Of a DNA stretch of 36,457 nucleotides, positions 1-7,806 are shown in pieces. The stretch covers positions 7,959-44,415 of the forward strand of contig JBBDYA010000018.1 in the NCBI GenBank assembly GCA_040902005.1. The letters are read 5' to 3'. The position numbers and the translations under genes are program-made. The notes beneath the pieces were generated by a model that searched no databases, was not told the DNA's origin, and saw only the letters and a program-made list of their open reading frames with translations. Within the stretch, counting starts at the first letter, position 1, and the number at the start of each line of letters is the position of its first letter. The DNA comes from Gemmatimonadaceae bacterium. Its GTDB lineage: Bacteria; Gemmatimonadota; Gemmatimonadetes; Gemmatimonadales; Gemmatimonadaceae.

Positions 1-2
1 CC

Positions 3-569
3 CCCCCCCCCCCCCGCCCCCGCTGCACCACGCGGCTCGACGATCAGGGCGCCCGACAGTTGCGTATCGAGCGCTAACCGGCCGCCGAAGGCCGGGACGT
101 CTTTCGTCGTGCCCCAGTAGTAGTAGGTGCCGGGAGCGCCGGCAACGAAGCCGATCTCCCGCACTCCGCCCGCCGGAACGTGTATCGTGTCGGCACTGGA
201 CGCGGCGCCGCGTGCATGCAGTCCGTGGACGACGAGTGGCGCATCGGGATCCGCGTTGCGAACCGAAACGCGAATCTCCGTGCCCTCGACCACCCGGATG
301 AGAGGCCCCGGGATCTGGAGTCCCTTTCCTTCCTCGGCGAACGCTCGGACCAAAACGCCCGGTTCCGTCTCACCGTCGGGATGCCACTCGCCCTGTCGCA
401 TCTCCAGCCGAATAGTGAGGATCCCGCCCCGCAGTGTCCCGGCCGAGACGCGGTTGTCGTTCGCGCTCACGCGATCGGGAGCAACGCCCATGGTCACCAC
501 CACAGGTTTTGCATGGAAGCCGGTGCCGAAGGTGATCAGCATGGCCATCGCAACCGTCGTCGAGCGCAT
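3..569 (-). CDS. Multicopper-oxidase/cupredoxin-domain protein, 5' part only (runs off contig end); paralog of 5868..7760
   Basis: Not in the ORF track. Manual translation from ATG 569 (GGAG upstream): MRSTTVAMAMLITFG...SANDNRVSAGTLRGG...PGPLIRVVEGTEIRVSVRN...PGTYYYWGT, colinear with NDNRVVAGVLKDG...PGPLVRVPAGTEMRISIRN...PGTYFYWG of the 5868 protein. Confidence 0.85.
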   Translation of the reverse strand, partial: MRSTTVAMAMLITFGTGFHAKPVVVTMGVAPDRVSANDNRVSAGTLRGGILTIRLEMRQGEWHPDGETEPGVLVRAFAEEGKGLQIPGPLIRVVEGTEIRVSVRNADPDAPLVVHGLHARGAASSADTIHVPAGGVREIGFVAGAPGTYYYWGTTKDVPAFGGRLALDTQLSGALIVEPRGAAGAGGGG

Positions 570-717
570 GGAACATCTCCGCGGTGATGCAACGGGAAGG
601 GACAACCGCATCGGGTGAGACAGTATGACAACCCGCGGGAGATGGATAGGGACGGAGTCGCCTTGTTCGACGCCGCAGGACTTCCGCAGCGCCCTTGAAC
701 ACGATTCCGGTCAAGTA

Positions 718-750
718 GGCACTGGCACTGGCACTGGCACTGGCACTGGC
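718..750. repeat. Hexamer tandem repeat (GGCACT) x5.5
   Basis: ggc followed by five copies of actggc, between the two divergent oxidase starts. Confidence 0.95.
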
Positions 751-846
751 CAAGCGAGCCCAACGTTGCCATTTTCGTCCGGGTTTCCCCAACCGCAGTT
801 TGGCGGCTCCGCATTCGCCTTGAGACATATCCCGATCACAAGACCG

Positions 847-2265
847 ATGGGCCCGATCGCCCGGCGTGTCGCACTCCTGAGTGCCGTTGCGTTAGGCGGG
901 TTCGGCTTCGACACTCACGTTCGCGTGCCGGTTCCGGCGGACTTTGCGCACCCGCCCCTGCTGAAGAACACCGCTACCAAGCCGGGCACCGTCGAGGTCA
1001 CGATCACCGCCGCGCCGGCGCGCCTCACGCTGAAGCCGGGCGTCACCACCGACGTATTCGCGTACAACGGATCGTCACCGGGACCAACCCTGGAGGCGAC
1101 GGAAGGCGACCGCGTCATCGTCCACTTCCGGAATGACCTCGCCGAGCCGACCACCGTGCACTGGCACGGCATTCACCTCCCCGCTAGCCAGGACGGGAGT
1201 CCGTTTGATCCGGTTCCCGCCGGCGGACGGCGGGACTACACCTTCACCATCCCGCGCGGGTCGGCCGGCACATACTGGTATCACCCGCACCTGCATCACC
1301 GCACCGGCTACCAGATCGCCAAGGGGCTTGTCGGCGCGATCATCGTGCGCGCGCCCGACGATCCACTGCCGAAATCGATGACCGAGCGGCTGCTGATCCT
1401 GACGGACCAGCGGTTCCGTCCCGATGGTTCGATCGACCTGCCGGCTCCGCATTCGCCGCAGGGACGCATCGATGACGAGAATGGCCGCGAGGGGGACGTC
1501 TTCTTCGTGAATGGCCAGGTGATGCCGACCCTCTCCATCCGCCCGAACGACGTGCAGCGCTGGCGGATCATCAATGCGTCCGCCGCGCGCGTGTTCAAGC
1601 TGTCCATTCCGAAGCAGACGTTCCTCCACGTCGGCAGCGACGGTGGGCTGTTCGAGAAGCCGGTGGAACTGACCGACATCGTTGTCGCGAATTCGGAGCG
1701 CGTCGAATTGCTCGTCCGCGGCTCGGGCACGCCGGGGAGCCGGACCGTGCTTCAGTCGCTTCCCTACGATCGCTACATCCCCCAGACGCGTCCGAAAGAC
1801 TGGAATCGAGCCATTGACCTGATGGCGATCCAGGTGACGACCGACGCGCCGCTCGCGCCCGTCACGATTCCCGCCGCGCTACGCCCCATCAGGCCTCTCG
1901 ACACCGCCCGTGTCTCGGCGCGCCGCGTCGTAACCTTCAGCCAGGGGATGATCAACAACCGGCACTTCGATTTTTCGCGCGCCGACTTCACGACAAAGCT
2001 CGGGGCCACGGAGATATGGAAGGTGGAGAATATCGTCGGGATGGATCACCCCTTCCACATGCACGGCTTTCAGTTCCAGGTCATCGAGCGCAATGGGAAG
2101 CCGGAGCCGTTTCTGAGCTGGAAGGACGCGGTCAACGTGCGCCGGCAGGAAACCGTGCGATTCGTCGTGCGATTCGACGATTTCCCGGGGAAGTGGATGT
2201 TTCACTGCCACATCCTGAACCACGAGGACCAGGGCATGATGGGCATTCTCGAAGTCAAACGATAG
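847..2265 (+). CDS. Three-domain multicopper oxidase (laccase/CueO-like)
   Basis: All four Cu motifs in canonical order: VHWHG, WYHPH, HPFHMHG, HCHILNHEDQGMM. Start moved to ATG 847 (MGPIARRVALLSAVALGG, export-signal-like) because the upstream extension is low-complexity. Confidence 0.93.
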   Translation: MGPIARRVALLSAVALGGFGFDTHVRVPVPADFAHPPLLKNTATKPGTVEVTITAAPARLTLKPGVTTDVFAYNGSSPGPTLEATEGDRVIVHFRNDLAEPTTVHWHGIHLPASQDGSPFDPVPAGGRRDYTFTIPRGSAGTYWYHPHLHHRTGYQIAKGLVGAIIVRAPDDPLPKSMTERLLILTDQRFRPDGSIDLPAPHSPQGRIDDENGREGDVFFVNGQVMPTLSIRPNDVQRWRIINASAARVFKLSIPKQTFLHVGSDGGLFEKPVELTDIVVANSERVELLVRGSGTPGSRTVLQSLPYDRYIPQTRPKDWNRAIDLMAIQVTTDAPLAPVTIPAALRPIRPLDTARVSARRVVTFSQGMINNRHFDFSRADFTTKLGATEIWKVENIVGMDHPFHMHGFQFQVIERNGKPEPFLSWKDAVNVRRQETVRFVVRFDDFPGKWMFHCHILNHEDQGMMGILEVKR

Positions 2266-2278
2266 AGAGGACAGTGTC

Positions 2279-2959
2279 ATGATAGACGGCACAGGACTAC
2301 GCAGGATCGCTTCACTGCTGGTGGTGACTGCATGCGTCGCCGCCTGCCAGCCGGCGGGCGATGCCGACGAGCCGATGCTCGCCACGGCGATGGACACCAT
2401 TCAGTTCGGCCGGAAGCTCGTCGTTCAACACGGATGCGGGGACTGCCATGGCGGTGGCGACAACCCCGCGGCCCCGATCTGGCTCATCGGCTTCCGGGCC
2501 AACACGGATGACACGCTATTCACGCTGTTCAAGATGCCCACTCCCGGCGGCGTGTTCTGGACGCGGCCCCGAAACCTGACCCCGGACAATGAGACCGGCC
2601 TGGGACGATTCACCGAGCGGCAGATCTTCAATGCGATACGCTATGGATTGCGTCCCGGCGAAACGCCCGATGTCGACGTCACCGGGACGACGCCAGGTCA
2701 AGGCAACTTCCCCGCCGCCCCCAAGTACCTTGCGCCGCCCATGCCGTGGCCGGCCTTCCGCCACATGTCGGACCGGGAGCTCCGCTCGATCGCGGCCTAC
2801 CTCAAGCGCGGGTTGAAGCCGCAGACGCATCGAGTGGAGCCCAGCGAGGGACCGCCGGACTTCTGGGCAGGCCTGTATGAGCAGTTATTCATGGTCGGGG
2901 CGTCAGCAACCACGCCTGCCTTCCCCACGAATCGCGAGGCCGCACCGCCACCGCAGTGA
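2279..2959 (+). CDS. Monoheme c-type cytochrome, probable lipoprotein
   Basis: CGDCH heme motif; hydrophobic N-terminus ending VAAC (lipobox-like); PPMPW as candidate axial Met; GAGG upstream; 13 bp after the oxidase stop. Confidence 0.85.
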   Translation: MIDGTGLRRIASLLVVTACVAACQPAGDADEPMLATAMDTIQFGRKLVVQHGCGDCHGGGDNPAAPIWLIGFRANTDDTLFTLFKMPTPGGVFWTRPRNLTPDNETGLGRFTERQIFNAIRYGLRPGETPDVDVTGTTPGQGNFPAAPKYLAPPMPWPAFRHMSDRELRSIAAYLKRGLKPQTHRVEPSEGPPDFWAGLYEQLFMVGASATTPAFPTNREAAPPPQ

Positions 2960-3005
2960 TTCGAATGCGGCGCCAGGGCGCCGAAACGCGTCTGGTGCTC
3001 CCAGC

Positions 3006-5615
3006 TCAGCGCTTGACCAACGCTTCGAAGACGGGATTCCCGCGCAACTGCCGCAGCGCCACATCCAGGTGAATCCCGTCCACTGACCTCCCTTTCTTGC
3101 GCGCCTCGGACGCGTGGCGCGCCGCTGCCGGCACGTCTCCTAACGCCAGATCGATCCGCGCCAACCAGTGTTCCGTGGCGCCCCGGTCGAACCTGTGGGG
3201 CGGGATCGCCAGTGCCGCGGACCGGAATCGCTCCGATCCCGCCCGATCGTGCGCCAGCGCGCGCGCGTACGATCGTGCCAACAGGCTCTCCCGGTCCGGA
3301 ATGCGGGGAAGGCGCAGCGTGTCGTGGTACGCTACGAATCGCGCGGTGTCGCCCAGCCACATCGCGATGTGCGCCGCGTTCAGCTCGTAGCTCCTCGCCA
3401 GCGACGAATCGCGCGCCCCAAACTCGAAGTACCGCAACGCACTCTCGAGAATCGGCCGCTGTTGCGCTGGAGGCAAAAAGTAAGCTGCGGAGCGCGCCAG
3501 TTGTCGCCGGCACCAAGCCTCGTCGTGGCCTGATGGCGGGGAGCCGGGAAGCGCCGCATTCGTCAGCGAGTCCGCCTCCGCTACACGGCCACTGCCCGTC
3601 AAGGCAATGCCCTGGAGACACAGCGTCAGCGTGGTGTTCGGGTACTGCTGCCGCCCGCGGTGCGCGACGTCTGATGCGCCCTCGAAATCCCCGAGCAGCA
3701 GATAGGACCAGAAGTACACCAGCCAGTAGGCGGTCCAGCCCCGCATGAACCCCTTGGTTGGATCGATGGTTTCAAAGAGAGCGATGGTCTCACGGGGCCG
3801 CCCCGCAAAGTTGAGCAAAGCGCCGAGCGTGTAGGCCCACCGGTCGGGCCAGATCGCCGTGGCCTTGCGAAGCGCGACAATCCGCTCCTCACGCTCCTCA
3901 GCCAGACTGAAGTCGAGTATCGCGCGATCCAGCTCGCTCAATTCCGAGCGCCGGCGGTCGAGTGCCGCCAGGATGGCCCTGATGCTGTCGCCGGTTGGCT
4001 TCAGCGGGCCCGGTGAAGCGTTGTTAAACGCGGCCGACAGCCACAGGCTTGCCGCGAGGAACGCGGAATCCTGCGCGATGGCTCGCTTGAACCGGTCCGC
4101 CGCCGCATCGAAGTTCCCAATCTGATACGCTTCCATCCCCGCGGTGAATTCGCGGTAGGCGGCGTACGTCGGGACGTGCGTCGCTCCCGTCAGCGCGCTT
4201 TGCGCCTGCGCGTTGAACATCGTCGCGAGCGCGCCCGCCGCGCGCCGCGCGATCTGACTCACCGCCACCATCGGAGCCCCGACACTAGCGCGCTCGGCCG
4301 GAATGGACGCCCTCACCGTGCCGGTCCGCGCGTCGATCACCCGGGCCCGAATCTCCAGCGAATCGCCGACCTTGAACACCGTTCCGTGCAGCACCAGCGA
4401 TGCGCCGGCGGCGTCCGCCAGCGCCGTGTTGTCGCCCGGAACCATGGGCGACAGCACCGACGCCTGCGCCGGCGCAGTCGTGAGCGCGCGAAAATCCGCC
4501 ACGTCCAGTGCGCCGGTGTGCGTGAGCGCGTCCTGCACAAAGCCGGCGATCACCTTGCCCAGGTCGTCAAGGGCCTTGTCCCCCGTCTCGTTCGCGAACG
4601 GCGCCACCACGATGCGCGCGCGCGCCGGCGCATCCGCGGGCCCGCGCCAGGCCCGCACGCCCGCACCCAGCGCCAGCAACACCACGCCGGCCACCGCGAT
4701 GAACAGGGACCGGCGCTTTGCCCTCGCGGTCATGCGTGCAGCCCGGCCGGGTGCGTAGGACGGCGCACCCGTGGGCGTGGCCAGCGTCGCCAGCAACGCC
4801 AGCAGCTCGTCGGCGCTTTTCGGCCGATCGGCGGGGCGCTTCTCCAGGCAGCGCATCACGAGGTCCGCCAGCTCCGGCGCAATCTGCGGGCGCAGCGCCG
4901 CAATGGGATCGGGGATGTCCCTGATGTGCGCCGCGATCACCGAGTGCGGCGACGATCCCGTGAACGGCGGACGCCCGGCGAGCAGCTCGTACGCCAGCAC
5001 GCCGAACGCGTAAATGTCCGCGCGATGATCCACGTGCGGCTCGGCGTTCGCCTGCTCCGGCGACATGTACGCCGGTGTGCCGAGCGCGACGCCGGTCGCC
5101 GTGATCCGGTTGGCATCGCTGGTCGAGTCGGCGATCGCCTTGCTGACGCCGAAGTCGGTGACGAGCGCGTGTCCCTCGCCGAGGAGCACGTTCTCGGGCT
5201 TGATGTCGCGGTGCACGACGCCGTGGCGGTGCGCGTACGCCAGCGCGTCGGCCACGTCGCGCAGGATGCGCACGACCTCCGGGATCGGCAGCTCACCGCC
5301 GCTCGACAGCCGCTCGCGCAGCGAGTGTCCCTGCACGTAGGGCATGGTGAACCACAGCGGTTCGGCGGACGCGCCGGCGCCAAGCAGCGGCACGATGTGC
5401 GGATGCTGCAGCCGGGCCGCGAGCATGATTTCCCGCTTGAAGCGGTCAATCGAGACCGCGGCGGCCATGTCGGGTGGCAGGACTTTCACCACCACCTGGC
5501 GCCCGAGCTCGCGCTGCGTGGCGACGAAGACCCGCGACATCCCGCCGCCGCCAAGCTCGCGCTCGATGGTGTACGCGTCGCCCAAGATGATCTGGAGGTC
5601 TTCGCGCAGCGCCAT
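3006..5615 (-). CDS. Ser/Thr protein kinase with TM segment, TolB-N-like domain and TPR-like repeats
   Basis: LGGGGMSRV, VVVK, HRDIKPEN, DFG, GTPAYMSPEQ; TM SLFIAVAGVVLLALGAGV; IVVAPFANETGD motif; helical Ala/Leu-rich C-terminus. Confidence 0.93.
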   Translation of the reverse strand: MALREDLQIILGDAYTIERELGGGGMSRVFVATQRELGRQVVVKVLPPDMAAAVSIDRFKREIMLAARLQHPHIVPLLGAGASAEPLWFTMPYVQGHSLRERLSSGGELPIPEVVRILRDVADALAYAHRHGVVHRDIKPENVLLGEGHALVTDFGVSKAIADSTSDANRITATGVALGTPAYMSPEQANAEPHVDHRADIYAFGVLAYELLAGRPPFTGSSPHSVIAAHIRDIPDPIAALRPQIAPELADLVMRCLEKRPADRPKSADELLALLATLATPTGAPSYAPGRAARMTARAKRRSLFIAVAGVVLLALGAGVRAWRGPADAPARARIVVAPFANETGDKALDDLGKVIAGFVQDALTHTGALDVADFRALTTAPAQASVLSPMVPGDNTALADAAGASLVLHGTVFKVGDSLEIRARVIDARTGTVRASIPAERASVGAPMVAVSQIARRAAGALATMFNAQAQSALTGATHVPTYAAYREFTAGMEAYQIGNFDAAADRFKRAIAQDSAFLAASLWLSAAFNNASPGPLKPTGDSIRAILAALDRRRSELSELDRAILDFSLAEEREERIVALRKATAIWPDRWAYTLGALLNFAGRPRETIALFETIDPTKGFMRGWTAYWLVYFWSYLLLGDFEGASDVAHRGRQQYPNTTLTLCLQGIALTGSGRVAEADSLTNAALPGSPPSGHDEAWCRRQLARSAAYFLPPAQQRPILESALRYFEFGARDSSLARSYELNAAHIAMWLGDTARFVAYHDTLRLPRIPDRESLLARSYARALAHDRAGSERFRSAALAIPPHRFDRGATEHWLARIDLALGDVPAAARHASEARKKGRSVDGIHLDVALRQLRGNPVFEALVKR

Positions 5616-5838
5616 AGCGTCCCGCTCTACCTATTAAGGAAGGCGCAGCTAAGGTAGAGTGCGGCGCTCCCAGCGGCCAGTGGGCCGCGTGAGGGTCTCG
5701 CCTGGTTATTGAGGGCACGCTGGACTTTCGATCGTGATTGGCATCTGATGGGCACCCACCCTGCGTTCCCCAGCGTGCTGGTGCATGGATGTCACTCTGT
5801 CCGGCTCCAGGTCCCAACCGTACGTTAGGAGTGCGCGT

Positions 5839-5850
5839 CCCCCCCCCCCC
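5839..5850 (+). repeat. C12 homopolymer 17 bp upstream of the oxidase start
   Basis: Direct reading. Confidence 0.9.
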
Positions 5851-5867
5851 ACCGCAAAGAGCCCCAC

Positions 5868-7760
5868 ATGCTGTTTCTGGCTGCGACCGCCGCCCTCCAG
5901 CTGCAGATCGCCCCCGTCCACCTGACCGACGCTGCCGCCGCTCGCCCGAACGACAATCGCGTCGTCGCGGGCGTGCTGAAAGACGGCACCTACTCACTCG
6001 CCCTCGACGTCACGAAGGCGATCTGGCACCCTGAGGGGCGCGGCCGCGTCGCCATCCCGATCTTCGCGTTTGCGGAGCGCGGCCAGGCCCCCAGCGCGCC
6101 GGGTCCTCTGGTGCGCGTCCCCGCCGGCACGGAAATGCGCATCAGCATCCGCAACACGCTTCCCACGATGGTGCGGGTGCGCGGGCTTCAGGACCACAGC
6201 TCGGCGGTGGACACCATCGACGTCGCCGCGGGCGCCACGCGCAAGATCGCGTTCCGTGTCGACGTACCCGGCACGTATTTCTATTGGGGCCGGACCACGC
6301 GCAACCTCGCGGGCGCGGACGTCAGCAGCGCCAACACGCAGCTGCACGGCGCGTTCATCGTCGATCCCGTCGGCACGAAGCCCGCCTCCGATCGCGTCAT
6401 GGTCATCGGAATGTGGGAAGACACCCTCGCGGCCCTCGGTGACAAGCCCGACAAGGCGTTCGCGCTGCTCCGCCGGTTCGGCGTCAAGCGGAACGAGTGG
6501 GTTACCCTCACCGTGAACGGCCTGGCGTGGCCCTACACCGAGCGCCTGAGCGCGACGGTTGGCGATACCGTCGTCTGGCGGGTGATCAACATCTCGCCGC
6601 TGCTGCACCCCATGCACCTGCACGGCTTCTACTACGATGTGTTGAGCCGGGGCAACGCCGAGCGCGACACCATCTTCGCGCCCGGTCAGCAACGGAAAGT
6701 CGTCACCGAGTCCATGACGGCGTTCACCACGCTCCGGCTCCGCTGGCTGCCAACGCGTCCCGGAAACTGGCTGTTCCACTGCCACGTGGTGGACCACATC
6801 AACGCGGCGCTGCGGTTGGACTCTACCGCGGGACGTTCGCCTGCGCACGGCAGGCACGCGGAAGACGGAATGGCGGGTCTCGTGACGGCGATTACGGTGA
6901 ATCCCGCTCCGGGTGTGACTCTCGCCGGCGATCCGATGGCGCGCCGGAAGCTGCGCGTGCATGTGACCACCCGCGAGCGCGTGTACCGCGATCAGCCCGG
7001 GTACAGCTTCGTTCTGCAGCAGGGCGCGGTCGAGCCGGTCGCCGATTCAGTGCTCGCTCCCAGCTCCACGCTGGTGCTGCGTCAGCACGAACCCACGGAG
7101 ATCACGGTGGTGAACCGGACCGCCGAGCACGTGGCGGTGCACTGGCATGGCATCGAGCTGGAGAGCTACTACGATGGCGTCGGTGATTTCAGCGGCTACC
7201 GGAAACATCTCGCGCCCCCGATCGCACCAGGCGATTCGTTCGTGGCGCGGATGACTCCCGATCGCGCGGGCACCTTCATCTACCATACGCATACCGATGA
7301 AATGAAGCAGCTCAGCTCGGGACTGTACGCGCCACTCATCGTGCTGCCGCACGATGCCGCCCAGCTCGACACCACCAATCGCATCCTGCTGCTGGGCTCC
7401 GGAGGTCCGCAGGACGACGCGCCCCCGTTCGTGAACGGATCCGCGGCGGTGGAACCAATCGAGTTGCGCGCCGGCGTGGGGCACCGACTCCGGTTGATCA
7501 ACATCGACGTGATCGATGCCCGACGGGTGCGGCTTCTCAACGACTCGCTGGTGGTGCAGCAGTGGCGCGCGGTCGCCAAGGACGGCGCCGATCTGCCGGC
7601 GCGCCAGGCGGCGCTGCGCCCCGCCGTGCAGCTCTTCGGCCCGGGGGAGACCTTCGACTTCGAGGTCAGGCGCGATGCGCCGCAGCGGCTATTGCTCGAA
7701 GTGAGTGTGCCTGGAGATCCCGCGAAGGTGATGCGGATTCCAGTGATCGTGCAGCCCTAG
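5868..7760 (+). CDS. Secreted multicopper-oxidase-family protein, apparent four-cupredoxin architecture
   Basis: Signal-like MLFLAATAALQ; HPMHLHG and WLFHCHVVDH come before VHWHG and FIYHTH. Confidence 0.88.
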   Translation: MLFLAATAALQLQIAPVHLTDAAAARPNDNRVVAGVLKDGTYSLALDVTKAIWHPEGRGRVAIPIFAFAERGQAPSAPGPLVRVPAGTEMRISIRNTLPTMVRVRGLQDHSSAVDTIDVAAGATRKIAFRVDVPGTYFYWGRTTRNLAGADVSSANTQLHGAFIVDPVGTKPASDRVMVIGMWEDTLAALGDKPDKAFALLRRFGVKRNEWVTLTVNGLAWPYTERLSATVGDTVVWRVINISPLLHPMHLHGFYYDVLSRGNAERDTIFAPGQQRKVVTESMTAFTTLRLRWLPTRPGNWLFHCHVVDHINAALRLDSTAGRSPAHGRHAEDGMAGLVTAITVNPAPGVTLAGDPMARRKLRVHVTTRERVYRDQPGYSFVLQQGAVEPVADSVLAPSSTLVLRQHEPTEITVVNRTAEHVAVHWHGIELESYYDGVGDFSGYRKHLAPPIAPGDSFVARMTPDRAGTFIYHTHTDEMKQLSSGLYAPLIVLPHDAAQLDTTNRILLLGSGGPQDDAPPFVNGSAAVEPIELRAGVGHRLRLINIDVIDARRVRLLNDSLVVQQWRAVAKDGADLPARQAALRPAVQLFGPGETFDFEVRRDAPQRLLLEVSVPGDPAKVMRIPVIVQP

Positions 7761-7806
7761 ATCATGATCGAAACGCCATCGGACTACTCCACTGCAACGC
7801 GTGCAT

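Noticed and set aside
1..15. Terminal C15 matching the terminal poly-G as an apparent inverted terminal repeat
   Set aside because: Homopolymers at contig ends are typical assembly break points; the left one interrupts a CDS and the similarity does not extend inward.
718..750. CRISPR array
   Set aside because: Simple hexamer repeat without spacers; no repeat-spacer array or cas gene seen in the window.
625..846. N-terminal extension of the oxidase ORF containing GTGTGTGTG
   Set aside because: It is the translated hexamer repeat in what is probably intergenic DNA; a signal-like start exists at 847.
5868..7760. Copper nitrite reductase (nirK) call
   Set aside because: Size and the full set of trinuclear-type His motifs fit an oxidase; I could not identify NirK-specific motifs.
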